From: a virus
Taxonomy: Duplodnaviria; Caudoviricetes
Reading direction: 5' to 3' (one strand)
DNA length: 40,075 nucleotides
IMG/VR virus record: IMGVR_UViG_3300022204_000008
Span: 1-40,075 of that record
Both the position numbers and the translations under genes were made by a program. This document shows positions 24,452-34,069 of this stretch, piece by piece (position 1 is the stretch's first letter; each line of letters begins with the position of its first letter). The notes under the pieces are model-generated. The model was not told the origin of the DNA. It made no database searches and saw only the letters and a list, made by a program, of their open reading frames with translations.

Positions 24452-26388
24452 GCCGGATCAATCCCAACAAGGGTTTTGGCGGTCACATCGCGCGTGACGG
24501 TCCCCGTGAAACTGGCGGTTGTATCGTCCTCCTTGTAAACCACCATCGTGGTATCTCCGACAGAAATTTTATTTCGCAAGGTTCGCAATGCCTGAAGTAC
24601 CGTGCGCCCACTGGCCCCACCACCATCTGCCACCGACATGTCGCGGGTGAGAAGCGCGTCTGCAATGGCAACGATAGTCGCAGAGGGCAGGGCTACCCCG
24701 TCCGTTCCGGTATCCAGGAGGATCGCGGCCACGTCGGTCACGATCGTTGCCACATCGGAGCCCTTGATGGCGGAATCGGTTACCGTGGGCGAGCCGGTCA
24801 GATTGTTCACCAGTGCCTTGTACTGACCACGGATTTCCACGGTAGCATCCGCGCCATTTAACGTAATCGTTCCCAATTCCTCACCGCCAATAGTTACCAC
24901 ATCACCGGATTCCAATCCGTTCAAGGTCAGGCCGCCAGACCAATACCGGATTTCCAGTGAAATTGTCTGTCCGGCGGTCTTGTTGATCACGGGAGATGCG
25001 GCTCCAGCGATACCCGAATGGGAGCGTATGAACCGGTAATCGCCAGCCAGAGTCAGCGTTAGCGGTCCGACAATTGTGCAATTGTACAGGTGCGCCTTCT
25101 GGATTGACGCGGTGCCGAATTCGCAATCGTGGAACTCCATTTCGTTGGCTGCCGTGCCGATTCCGGACACCGACATGTCCTCGAAATGGCAATAATTTAC
25201 TGATTGCCCGCCGAGCGCTATGGTGCCTCCGTGCCCTGAGAACAGGGTGCTGGTGTATGTGGAGGCAAGGGTGTAGGTGGACCCAGGAGTAACATTAATC
25301 CCGTTGAGATTTGTAGAGGCCAGAAGCGTAACAACGGCAGCGGGGGTGGATACCGGGTTTCCCGCCGTGCCATCCACCCCCACAACGGTGTTGGTGTTGG
25401 CCACGCTGTCGTCGTACCACACTTGGGCGTTGACGTAGGTATCTGCGCCGCGCGAAAAGGCCACGAAAATCTGATCAACCGCAAGCGTCGCTGTGGTCAG
25501 TCCGGACGCGGCATAGAACCGAATGCGGGCAAGGCCCTTATTCGCACCGCTCCCGGTCATGTCAACAAACATATCGTAGGAATTCACGTTGTTGGACGCG
25601 CTGGACCCGTCGAGCGTTCCGATCTGGACCCATGCCGCTGCCACCCAGTCGTAACCATACACGCCGAGCGTGTCGTTAGTGCTTGACAGATAGCCTGTCA
25701 TCTGAACCGATGACGCGGCACCCGAACCGATATTGAACTCGTAATACAGATCCATCGCCCCAGCGGTGTCCGTATGTTCGTGCCGAATCCCGTCCAAGGC
25801 CGCCGTGGACGTGTAGGTGTTTGCAGATTGCGTGCCGGTGGTGAGCGTATATCCCTGCGCTGGGCGGTGAATAGCAGACCCGACGTTCGCGATGCCGGAA
25901 AGCTGCGACTGCGTGGACGGGAAGGTGTCACCTGTCAGTCCGGTGGTATCGTATTGCAATTCCAGATTGTCGGCGGCCACTGAATCGTTGCTGATCTGCG
26001 CCACATTCACGTCGGGTGCGGTGGAGTTCAGGTCGAAATCCGTCAACTGCACCTCCAGCGTCGTGTCTTGCATGCTGGCTGCGCCACGGAGGAAAAACGT
26101 GACTGAATCGGCTCCGGTTGCCAGTGCCGCATCTGGCGGGTGGAATTCATACAGGCCGGGTGCGTTGGTGGCGTCGATCTCCTTGAATCCGCCAGTCTCC
26201 CACGTCCCGAGCGTCGTAATCGTCGCCAGCGTGATCGCCGTGGCCGCTGTAGCGCCTTCCCGCATGTAATAGGCGGTAAGGCCGGCGCTGTTGTAAACCA
26301 ACCCGGAAAGGCCCACGCCGGTGCTTGAATTGGTAATGAACACCCGCAGGATTTTGCTGGTGGACGCCTTGGCAATCTGCTGGAACAT
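24448..26388 (-). CDS. Large Thr/Gly-rich virion appendage protein of unknown family
   Basis: 646 aa, beta-rich; TGATG-coupled to the gp4-like gene. Confidence 0.7.
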   Translation of the reverse strand: MFQQIAKASTSKILRVFITNSSTGVGLSGLVYNSAGLTAYYMREGATAATAITLATITTLGTWETGGFKEIDATNAPGLYEFHPPDAALATGADSVTFFLRGAASMQDTTLEVQLTDFDLNSTAPDVNVAQISNDSVAADNLELQYDTTGLTGDTFPSTQSQLSGIANVGSAIHRPAQGYTLTTGTQSANTYTSTAALDGIRHEHTDTAGAMDLYYEFNIGSGAASSVQMTGYLSSTNDTLGVYGYDWVAAAWVQIGTLDGSSASNNVNSYDMFVDMTGSGANKGLARIRFYAASGLTTATLAVDQIFVAFSRGADTYVNAQVWYDDSVANTNTVVGVDGTAGNPVSTPAAVVTLLASTNLNGINVTPGSTYTLASTYTSTLFSGHGGTIALGGQSVNYCHFEDMSVSGIGTAANEMEFHDCEFGTASIQKAHLYNCTIVGPLTLTLAGDYRFIRSHSGIAGAASPVINKTAGQTISLEIRYWSGGLTLNGLESGDVVTIGGEELGTITLNGADATVEIRGQYKALVNNLTGSPTVTDSAIKGSDVATIVTDVAAILLDTGTDGVALPSATIVAIADALLTRDMSVADGGGASGRTVLQALRTLRNKISVGDTTMVVYKEDDTTASFTGTVTRDVTAKTLVGIDPA

Positions 26389-26741
26389 CAGAAGTATTCC
26401 GCCTTCACTGGCTCACCGGACGATGGGGAAGCGGCACGCTTGCGGAACTCGATCCGTGCCCGCTGTGAATCCTCCCGCAGGTCCGCCGTGCGTGGTTTCG
26501 AGAAGTATGGAGCCAGATCGTAGGCCAGCATCGCCTTCAGGCCGTGGACGAGCGTATCATCCAGTGCCTCTTTCACGAAGCCGATGTCTCCCCGCTCATA
26601 GGCATCGTCGATCATCTCATCCAGCACCAGACCGGCCAGCACGGAATCCTCGGGGGAAGCCGTGTTGCCAGCCCCGACAATTCCAAGGCGCTGGAGTGCG
26701 CCATTTTTGATGTTGGTCGCAATGGCGTCTGGGGAGGCCAC
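26388..26741 (-). CDS. Head-tail adaptor, P22 gp4-like
   Basis: ALQRLGIVGAGNTASPED....L..LDEMID...LAYDLAPYF pattern. Confidence 0.75.
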   Translation of the reverse strand: MASPDAIATNIKNGALQRLGIVGAGNTASPEDSVLAGLVLDEMIDDAYERGDIGFVKEALDDTLVHGLKAMLAYDLAPYFSKPRTADLREDSQRARIEFRKRAASPSSGEPVKAEYF

Positions 26742-26924
26742 TTACTTCACTTCCTTGAAATGGCTGTTTCCACGCAGCTTGATCGCCATTCGACGCCCAT
26801 GTTCCCCTTCAGGGATGGTCACCGCCGGGCCGTTTTTACGAAAGGTAAAACCGAATTTGGTCACCGTTTCCGGGCCTGAAAACCCGTCGTGTGGATCGCC
26901 AATGAATTTGAATTTCCACGCCAT
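26742..26924 (-). CDS. Small hypothetical protein (60 aa), paralogue of 26929-27249
   Basis: MAWKFKFIGDP...TKFGFTFRKNGP...KLRGNSHFKEVK. Confidence 0.7.
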   Translation of the reverse strand: MAWKFKFIGDPHDGFSGPETVTKFGFTFRKNGPAVTIPEGEHGRRMAIKLRGNSHFKEVK

Positions 26925-26928
26925 CGGA

Positions 26929-27249
26929 TTATCCCTTCGGTCGTCCCGGACGACGCGGCTGAATCGAGTGGGGTGCAGCCTGTGGTCCGCCCACAGAAAC
27001 TTCCTTGAAGTGGCCGCAGTTGCGCAGCTTGTCGAGTACCCGCTCGTTGTTCTTATCGCCGGGAATTTCGGGAACCTCAACGGGAGGCCCGTTCTTCTTG
27101 AATGTGAATCCGAACTTGGTGATCTTGTCCGGACCATCCCCGGCGCTCGCGGAAAGCGATGTTTCCAAACGCTGGGCGCGGGTGCCTTTGTCAACGACCT
27201 TTTGCCGAAAGCTATCTTCCGGCTGTCCTACAAACTGAAAACTTGGCAT
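26929..27249 (-). CDS. Hypothetical protein (106 aa) with RRPGRPK tail
   Basis: GGAGG RBS; MPSFQFVGQP...TKFGFTFKKNGP...KLRNCGHFKEV. Confidence 0.75.
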   Translation of the reverse strand: MPSFQFVGQPEDSFRQKVVDKGTRAQRLETSLSASAGDGPDKITKFGFTFKKNGPPVEVPEIPGDKNNERVLDKLRNCGHFKEVSVGGPQAAPHSIQPRRPGRPKG

Positions 27250-27258
27250 GTTTCCTCC

Positions 27259-27283
27259 AAAAGAAGGCCCCCCGAAGGGGGCC
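27259..27283 (-). terminator. Rho-independent terminator after the capsid and decoration genes
   Basis: GGCCCCC-TTCG-GGGGGCC-TTCTTTT. Confidence 0.85.
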
Positions 27284-27296
27284 ATTCAGGTTAAGG

Positions 27297-27767
27297 TTAC
27301 GGGGTGAGATACAGGGCGACCATCGTGATCTGTCCGGTGCCACCGGCATTGGCGGCAACGTTGAAGGTCACATCAAGGGTCGTTTCGGCGTTGAACGTCT
27401 TGGGACCGGCGGTTTGCAGTACCCCGGCGAACGGGAGAAAAATACCCGCTACCGGAAGATGTACCGAAACGTCGCCGGTAACCACGCCATGGTTGCCAAA
27501 CCCATCAGGATCCGCAACCTCATCGCCATTCGCCAACCAGCCAACGTCAAAATCCAGGGTTTCAGTCCCGGTGTCGATGTCGGCGGCCTGAATCCACCCA
27601 CCAATCACGGTGGCATTCGCAGGCACCTTGCAGGCGCTCCAAATGTCAGCCGCAGTGGGATTGGCCGCGATGGTGTACGTTCCATACGCGGCCTGCAAAG
27701 TGCCGCCACCCGCCCCGACGTAAGCCGGGAACGTGGAAGCCGCACGGGTTGATGCAATGTCAGCCAT
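27297..27767 (-). CDS. Capsid decoration/cement protein
   Basis: Directly after the MCP; KVPANATVI......DIDTG..TL.FDVG pattern; AGGAGA RBS. Confidence 0.7.
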   Translation of the reverse strand: MADIASTRAASTFPAYVGAGGGTLQAAYGTYTIAANPTAADIWSACKVPANATVIGGWIQAADIDTGTETLDFDVGWLANGDEVADPDGFGNHGVVTGDVSVHLPVAGIFLPFAGVLQTAGPKTFNAETTLDVTFNVAANAGGTGQITMVALYLTP

Positions 27768-27815
27768 TTCGTTCTCCTAGTGTTATTGATATAACTGATT
27801 GATATCAGTTAACTA

Positions 27816-28901
27816 TCAAGTATCAGCCGCCGAGGCAGAGTACAGAGTCAGGATTCCGTTGTCCTTCAGATCCGCCGTATCGGTAGCGCCGGAGCCAAAC
27901 ACCAGCTTATCGACACCGCGAATCTCCTGGATTCCCACGCCGTGCTGGAAGTCGAAATCATCGACATCCACGGTGGTCTTGGTGCGCTGCGCCCAAGCCA
28001 GTCCGAGGGCCTGCGCCCCGCACAGGTAGTTGGGCCGGATGACAGCCGAGGAAGCGCCGACCGCCCCGAGGGAAGCGATTTCCGGCAGTTCCTTGATAAT
28101 CATCCCGTCCCACAGCAGATCGCCACTGTTGAACAACGGATTCGACATCACGTCACGCGGACGCGCTTCCCGGTTGGTCTGCGCCAGCGAAGCCTGCATG
28201 TCGCGGAACGAGTAGGTGTTGGCCCACCAGATGTACCACTCCTGCTCGCCTTCGCTGCCTTCTACCCGGATCGGCTTGATGCGCGGGTTCGCTTGGGAGG
28301 CAAACCGCTTGGCGATCGAAGCCTGGCCGGTATCGAAGATTTCCGTCGAGGCGATCACCCCGAGCGAAGCACTGTGATCTGCACCGTCGTTGTTGTCCAG
28401 CGTGTCGCCGAACATGGTGCGGTCGGCGTTGTCCACCAGCCACGCATCCTTCTGGGCCTCGGTGGCGCTGGCATGAGCAACACCGTTGATATTGCCCATG
28501 GCGGCCACCAGATCGTTCCGCAACGTGTCCATGGCCCAGGTCTTAAGCTGGGTACGGGCGGCGTCGCGCAGGGCGATCGCGGACTTCTGCTCTTCCCACG
28601 CAGTCATGGTGACCGCGTGACGAAGCACATCGACCGTGATCGCCATTGAGCGGGAATCGAGCGATTCCTCGTTCCCCTTCAGGGTGGTGTTGCCAGTTAC
28701 ACCGGCATTCGCCAGAGAGCGAACGGCGGCGTAGGTTACCTTGTTTCCGGGCTTCACGGTCAGGTCGGTCTTGACCTGAATCATGGCGTTTTCGTTCTTG
28801 CCCATGTACTTGTTGAAGCGGCTGGCACTCACATACTCAGTGAAGAACTTGGAGTCCCACTGTTGTGGAGTCAGTCCGGTTGCGGCGGAAGTAACGGCCA
28901 T
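27816..28901 (-). CDS. Major capsid protein (N4-gp56/DUF4043 type)
   Basis: WDSKFFTEYV..SRF..YMG..EN..IQVK.DL...PG..V...L...GVTG...LKGNEE.L; LCGAQAL..AW. Confidence 0.9.
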   Translation of the reverse strand: MAVTSAATGLTPQQWDSKFFTEYVSASRFNKYMGKNENAMIQVKTDLTVKPGNKVTYAAVRSLANAGVTGNTTLKGNEESLDSRSMAITVDVLRHAVTMTAWEEQKSAIALRDAARTQLKTWAMDTLRNDLVAAMGNINGVAHASATEAQKDAWLVDNADRTMFGDTLDNNDGADHSASLGVIASTEIFDTGQASIAKRFASQANPRIKPIRVEGSEGEQEWYIWWANTYSFRDMQASLAQTNREARPRDVMSNPLFNSGDLLWDGMIIKELPEIASLGAVGASSAVIRPNYLCGAQALGLAWAQRTKTTVDVDDFDFQHGVGIQEIRGVDKLVFGSGATDTADLKDNGILTLYSASAADT

Positions 28902-28921
28902 TTTTCTTTCCTATTTCTTTC

Positions 28922-29818
28922 TCACCCAAAATGCTTGGGCAGCGCCGCGTCCAGCGGATCGACGGGTTCACGAGCTTTCGCCATGGCCCCGCCTGGAGCC
29001 GCGTGGTCACTTAGGCTGCTCGGCAATTTGGGCGTCGGCGCAGTCTGCGCCTGTTGAGTAGTTGCCTGTTGCACTTGTGGCACCGTTTGTGTGTTTGCTC
29101 CCTGCGGAGCGACTTGTGGAGCGCCAGCAACCAACATGCCAATTCGATAAGCGAACTCACCCGGATTCGCATGCTCGCGCATCTGGCGGACAAGATCGGG
29201 GTTCACCAGCGCGGCATTCTGGAATCCGGTCATGGCATGATCGAAATCATGATATTGCGCACGGGCTTCCTCTTCGCTTTTTTCAATGGCCTGTTTTTGG
29301 AAGGCTTCAATCTGCGCCTGTAGGGGCTGCATCGCTTGCCTCACCGCGTGGTTCGGGTTTGCGACCTGTACAAGATTGCCTTCCGCGTCGTAAAGATTGA
29401 ACATCTCCGGTTCGGCGGGTTGGTTTGCCTGTTGAGTCTGAATGCCGTTCTGCGGCATCGGCTGTTGAGTCCGTTGCTGCTGACCGGCTTGTGGCTGTGC
29501 CCAGATGGGCGGCGGCACATTCAGAACCTCGCGGGCGGCCTTATCCGCTTCATAGGCACGGTTTTTTTCGCGAATCCGCGCCAACTCCGCCTTCAGGGCG
29601 GAAACCTCGGAATTTTCAGATGAATCACCCTCGGCAGGCGGCGACCCTACCGGCTCTTTTTCGCCCGTTTCCGCCACCGCATCCGGTGCCACCGCTTCAT
29701 TTGAAACGGCCTGTTCCGGCACGGCAGGAGTTTCAGCGGATTCCTCCGCAGGCTCCTGTGCCCCGTGTTTGGGCATGGCTGCATCCAGTGCGTCCATCTC
29801 TTCTTTTACGTCGCTCAT
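28922..29818 (-). CDS. Capsid scaffolding protein
   Basis: Between portal and MCP; acidic, disordered N-terminus; NPGEFAYRIG and LPSSLSD motifs; GGAG RBS. Confidence 0.8.
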   Translation of the reverse strand: MSDVKEEMDALDAAMPKHGAQEPAEESAETPAVPEQAVSNEAVAPDAVAETGEKEPVGSPPAEGDSSENSEVSALKAELARIREKNRAYEADKAAREVLNVPPPIWAQPQAGQQQRTQQPMPQNGIQTQQANQPAEPEMFNLYDAEGNLVQVANPNHAVRQAMQPLQAQIEAFQKQAIEKSEEEARAQYHDFDHAMTGFQNAALVNPDLVRQMREHANPGEFAYRIGMLVAGAPQVAPQGANTQTVPQVQQATTQQAQTAPTPKLPSSLSDHAAPGGAMAKAREPVDPLDAALPKHFG

Positions 29819-29834
29819 TGCTTTTGCTCCTGTC

Positions 29835-29882
29835 AACGCCCGTTACAGTCGGCGACACTGAACGCCCGGTTCACCCGGCGAC
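29835..29882 (-). promoter_or_regulatory. Twin hairpin motif in the scaffold leader
   Basis: GTCGCCG-N7-CGGGCGTT occurs twice, 4 nt apart. Confidence 0.55.
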
Positions 29883-31769
29883 GGTGGGCGGACCACCACT
29901 TTGGAGTTCCGCCAAAATCTGCATTACCTTTGCGCGGTCGAGATCGGCTGAGGCGCTGGACTTATCCGCATCCTCAACAGCCTTCTCCGTCTTGGCCTCG
30001 CGTTCCTTGATCTTGGATATCGCATCCTCAATCTGGATGCGCATCTGCTGTTCCTGCTCCTGGGCGCGTTTCTGCTGTTCCTCGGGAGTCCCTTCAAGCA
30101 GCTTGATAATCTCGTCCACCTCGGGCACGCCAGACAGTTTGAGCAGCGCCTTCCCTTCCGGGGAATTGAGTTGAACCCCGGACTTGGCCAGTTCGGCGAG
30201 AGTTCCAAACTGCTCCTGCTTCAACGTGGCATAGTCAGGGGAGTCGCCGATGATGATGTCCACGTCCAACTGGGCCAAGTCGTTTTCACGCCGAACGATC
30301 TCGTCTAAACGCGGATCAGCCGCATATTCGGGTGGAAGCTGCCCACCGAACTGGCTCATCAGTTCGTCGCGCATTGTCACCGGGCGATTCAGTACGATCC
30401 ATTTCGGGCTTTCCGGATTGTCGGTCACTCGAATGGCACGCTCATCTGTCCAGAACTGGTGAATGCGATTCCACGCTTTTCGGTAGGTGCGTTTCTGCCA
30501 ATCGCGCAGGGCGTCAAACACCGGGCCGAGTTCCATCTGTCCGCCTTGCTGGCGGACCTGAATGGCGCGGCCACTGTCACGCTCGCCACCCTTTCCTTGC
30601 AGTGCGGCATTCGCACCCACGGCGTCGATCTCGCTCTTCGCTTCCTGGAGCAGGTTGAACTGAGAGGCCGCCATGTCATTGGTGTCGAGTACCTGAAACT
30701 GCAATCCGGGTAAGGTTTCGATCCACCCATCGGGCCGGGCAAGCTCTTTACGCGCCTTGTTTACATCCTCGACCGCCCCCTTCTCGGATTGAACCTGCCG
30801 CACGGAAAGCAAGTGCAGAGCTTTGGAGCGGCGCTTGTTGATCTCGTCCTGAATGGCGAGCAGTGGACGAACCACTCCGTATCTATGCCCTTGACGGTTG
30901 ATCTTGGGGGACATGCAGATATACGGATCTTCAAGGACTCCGCTCTCGTCCCTGTATGGGCTTTCGTCCGGACCTTCCAGAATCCCGCCTCGGGTGAACA
31001 CCCCACGGAAAATCCGCCCATCCTCGCGATACCAGATTTCGACCACCCGTACCCGATTGCGGTTCGTGTCGATCCATACAGTCGGCTTATCCGCGTAGGT
31101 GTCCTCGCTCTTGGCTTCTCGCCAGGTGGTTTCCAGCAAATCCTCGCTGCCCGGCCACATTCTCAATGCTTCGTCACGGTCTTTCCAGATAATCTGCCCG
31201 CGATAACGGGCGTCCTCGAAGTCCCGACGCCGTGCATATGGATCGTAGAAAAACCGATCCCACGGAATGCCGGTGATCTTGACCTCGATCGTTCCCTTGG
31301 TGGATGGTTTGGCAATGACTTCTGCAAACCCGGAACCTTCGATAATCAGGTTCTCGTTTACCTCGGAACGCACCTTGTCGAACTCGTTGTTCAGGACAAC
31401 GAACCGCAGAGCTTCGGTGGCGGCGTCCGCCGCAGCCTGATCCGATGGATTGCGCGGCATGACCTTCGGCTGCGTCCGTTGCTGACGCTCCGCTCCCAGC
31501 AGGTAATCCACCTTGGGGGCAATGCGGTTGAATACGCCGTCGGGCTGACCCCGCGCCTTGAGTGTCGTCACCTCTTCCGATGTGCGCTGGATTCCGTCGT
31601 AGTAGTCTCGGTCTTTTTCCGAGCTTTTCCGCGCCGTTTCGCTGGAATCCTCGGAGTCCCTGAACCACTTGACCCACTGTTCGTGTAGAGTGGTCCGCGC
31701 AGCATGGCGGGCAGCGATCTCTTCCGGGGTTTCGTCCAGGATTTCCATTTCCTGCCCGTGCATCGCCAT
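29871..31769 (-). CDS. Portal protein (P22-like)
   Basis: DRDYYDG.Q...RGQP...FNRIAPKVD, DARYRG and YGVVRPL...QDEINKRRSK motifs. Confidence 0.92.
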   Translation of the reverse strand: MAMHGQEMEILDETPEEIAARHAARTTLHEQWVKWFRDSEDSSETARKSSEKDRDYYDGIQRTSEEVTTLKARGQPDGVFNRIAPKVDYLLGAERQQRTQPKVMPRNPSDQAAADAATEALRFVVLNNEFDKVRSEVNENLIIEGSGFAEVIAKPSTKGTIEVKITGIPWDRFFYDPYARRRDFEDARYRGQIIWKDRDEALRMWPGSEDLLETTWREAKSEDTYADKPTVWIDTNRNRVRVVEIWYREDGRIFRGVFTRGGILEGPDESPYRDESGVLEDPYICMSPKINRQGHRYGVVRPLLAIQDEINKRRSKALHLLSVRQVQSEKGAVEDVNKARKELARPDGWIETLPGLQFQVLDTNDMAASQFNLLQEAKSEIDAVGANAALQGKGGERDSGRAIQVRQQGGQMELGPVFDALRDWQKRTYRKAWNRIHQFWTDERAIRVTDNPESPKWIVLNRPVTMRDELMSQFGGQLPPEYAADPRLDEIVRRENDLAQLDVDIIIGDSPDYATLKQEQFGTLAELAKSGVQLNSPEGKALLKLSGVPEVDEIIKLLEGTPEEQQKRAQEQEQQMRIQIEDAISKIKEREAKTEKAVEDADKSSASADLDRAKVMQILAELQSGGPPTVAG

Positions 31770-33229
31770 CAGGCCACCTTCCATGCTTCTACACCGGAAT
31801 CGCTATCTCTGGCAAACGCACGATCCCACCGGTCCGGCAGGACGGCGGCTGTCTCGGCTGCCACTGCCCACGGTCGGCTCATGCAGGCATACCGAGCCTC
31901 GTCATACGCGTGGTCCTCCTGCCGGGTATCCACCTGTTCCGGATCGCGCACGTCCATGACCAGTTCTGGAACGGTGCGGATAAATCCATCGGTGCAGGTG
32001 TCGAACACGTACATCATGGGCCGATCGTCCACGCCGATGAGGCGGGAGCGAAATTCATCGTGTCCGGCCTTCCGCGCATTCGTCTTGTTGTTCTGCGACT
32101 GGGCGCGGCTGATGGGAACGCCGACGCGGGCCATCTTCTCCGCGATCGTCGGGCCATCATGGGTACTGAACATGGCGGGATCGCCAACGGTATAGCGAAT
32201 GCGCTCGCTCTTGTCCTCCTCGGCCAGGATTTGCGCCGCCACCTGCTCGCTGGTCAGTTTCAATCCCGTATCGGGTTTTCCCGTCCATCCGTACCACTCC
32301 CGGTAACGGATCATGGCACCAGAAGGGTACTGCCTCCCATCCGGCAACTGCTCGCCATCGGAAATGGCCCACCAGCCGACGGAAAACGGCTTGGCACTGC
32401 CCCAGTCGATCGAGCGGAACCGCATCCAGTGAACTGGAATTTCAAAGGGATCAATGACGTGCTTTTCCCGCCGCCACATTTCAAGCGCCTGCCCGGCCAT
32501 GATGTCCCAATCGCCATCACGCATGGCCCGCACCAGTTCAGGCGTGCTCAAGCCCTCCAACTTGGCGGCATAATCAGGATCGGTTTCCATCATGGTCGGA
32601 TTATCGTCGAGCCGCGCCGGGATGTACTGGCGCGGCATGCCACCTTCCTCGCGTGGAGCCACATGAATTTCCATTGCAGGAGCGGCGCTCACAAACGCCC
32701 GCTTTACCCACTGGTGACCGACAGACCCTGGATTGCTCCCGCAGACAATGCGAGGCAGAAGCTCTTTGTACTCATCCGGAATCTGGAGTCCACCCAGACG
32801 AACACGGGAGCGCAGAAAGCGGTACTGGTGCTCGGTGAAGTGGGTCAACTCATCCATCAGCAGCACATGAATTTGCGCACCCTGATACTTGATGAGGTCG
32901 CCGTCGTTCTGCAAATGGCAAAGCCGCAGGCGGGAACCATTGGGAAACGTGAACTCTCCGTCCGACACCACCCACTTGACCGCCCCGGAATCAATCTGAG
33001 GACCAAGCAACTCCAAAAAATTGGAAGGCCCGCGCAGGTGGTTCGACACTAGATCGGGGTACGATTTGCGAAACAGATAAACGAGCACTCCTGGAACCAG
33101 AAGGCACCAGCGGATGGCCTCGATGCGGAGGAAGTAGCTCTTGCCTCCGCCGGCAGCGCCGCCATACAGGATTTCCCGTGCGGGGCTGTTGAAGGCCAGG
33201 GTCTGCTTTTCGTGCAGCGTTACCTGCAT
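31769..33229 (-). CDS. terL: Terminase large subunit
   Basis: Walker A YGGAAGGGKS, Walker B LLMDELTHF, SNPG, IDWG and EDHAYDEARY. Confidence 0.96.
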   Translation of the reverse strand: MQVTLHEKQTLAFNSPAREILYGGAAGGGKSYFLRIEAIRWCLLVPGVLVYLFRKSYPDLVSNHLRGPSNFLELLGPQIDSGAVKWVVSDGEFTFPNGSRLRLCHLQNDGDLIKYQGAQIHVLLMDELTHFTEHQYRFLRSRVRLGGLQIPDEYKELLPRIVCGSNPGSVGHQWVKRAFVSAAPAMEIHVAPREEGGMPRQYIPARLDDNPTMMETDPDYAAKLEGLSTPELVRAMRDGDWDIMAGQALEMWRREKHVIDPFEIPVHWMRFRSIDWGSAKPFSVGWWAISDGEQLPDGRQYPSGAMIRYREWYGWTGKPDTGLKLTSEQVAAQILAEEDKSERIRYTVGDPAMFSTHDGPTIAEKMARVGVPISRAQSQNNKTNARKAGHDEFRSRLIGVDDRPMMYVFDTCTDGFIRTVPELVMDVRDPEQVDTRQEDHAYDEARYACMSRPWAVAAETAAVLPDRWDRAFARDSDSGVEAWKVA

Positions 33230-33687
33230 CAGACCTTTGTCCCCGCCACGGTGGTCAGAACGGTGAAGTTAATCTCCGCCCCGTTCTTGCCCGTCACCTC
33301 ATGCCGGACGCTCTTGCGCTCCATCGACGCCAGATGCTTGAGTTCGTGGATCATGTTATCCAGCGTCATCTTCAATTCTTGGGGATTCATAGCGCCCCGG
33401 TCTTCCCCGTCATCACCCTTCGCACCAGGCAGAATCATCGTACTTCGTACTTCGGCGATCAGCTTCCGAAGCCTTCCGATCTCGTTCTTGATCCCGATCG
33501 CCTGGGCCAATTCCAGCTTGATCCCGAAGTCTTCCGGAGCATCCAGCATCCAGCCCTTGACCACCCGCCACCCGGGGATTCCATCCTTGCCGCACACGTC
33601 CTCCGGATTCTTACCATCCATGACGGCAAAGCAAATCTCGCGCCCAACTTCCTCGTCGTAGGGAATGTCAGCCTTGCGTTTTGCCAT
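33229..33687 (-). CDS. terS: Terminase small subunit (Sf6-like HTH)
   Basis: YDEEVGREIC...G......C...GIP....V..W; C-terminal HEVTGKNGAEI; immediately upstream of terL. Confidence 0.8.
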   Translation of the reverse strand: MAKRKADIPYDEEVGREICFAVMDGKNPEDVCGKDGIPGWRVVKGWMLDAPEDFGIKLELAQAIGIKNEIGRLRKLIAEVRSTMILPGAKGDDGEDRGAMNPQELKMTLDNMIHELKHLASMERKSVRHEVTGKNGAEINFTVLTTVAGTKV

Positions 33688-33884
33688 TACTCACTCTTCC
33701 GGTCCTGGGCGATGCGAAGAATGCCCCAGACAATTGAAATCCCGGCGGCGATTATCGAACCCACCAGTGAAAAGAACTCCAGAATGGGGGTGGCCGTCTG
33801 GATGAACTGCGTGATCCACGCAATGCATGCGCCCCCGATTATCCCGACACAATCCATGACCGCTTTCTGATTTGGCCCGCTCAT
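33687..33884 (-). CDS. Small two-TM membrane protein (holin-like)
   Basis: Two hydrophobic segments and a basic C-terminus. Confidence 0.6.
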   Translation of the reverse strand: MSGPNQKAVMDCVGIIGGACIAWITQFIQTATPILEFFSLVGSIIAAGISIVWGILRIAQDRKSE

Positions 33885-34069
33885 CGACTGACGAACCGCC
33901 CCCGATTATCCCTCTCCGGCTTCCGCTTTCGCTCCAGGCGCTCCGTTTCCTTCTGGATGGCTCTCCGTACCCACATGACGATGCCGAAGGCCGCAAACAG
34001 GCAAATAATCGCTCCCACCGTCAGGATGAGAACCGCTCCGGTTACCGGTGGCATGGGTTGGCCTGTCAT
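33881..34069 (-). CDS. Small single-TM protein with basic tail
   Basis: GAVLILTVGAIICLFAAFGIVMWV then RDNRGRF; overlap-coupled. Confidence 0.55.
   Translation of the reverse strand: MTGQPMPPVTGAVLILTVGAIICLFAAFGIVMWVRRAIQKETERLERKRKPERDNRGRFVSR

Noticed and set aside
31910-33052. Long + strand ORFs opposite terL, portal, MCP and tail genes
   Set aside because: Antisense shadows typical of GC-rich coding DNA; the minus-strand genes carry the conserved motifs.
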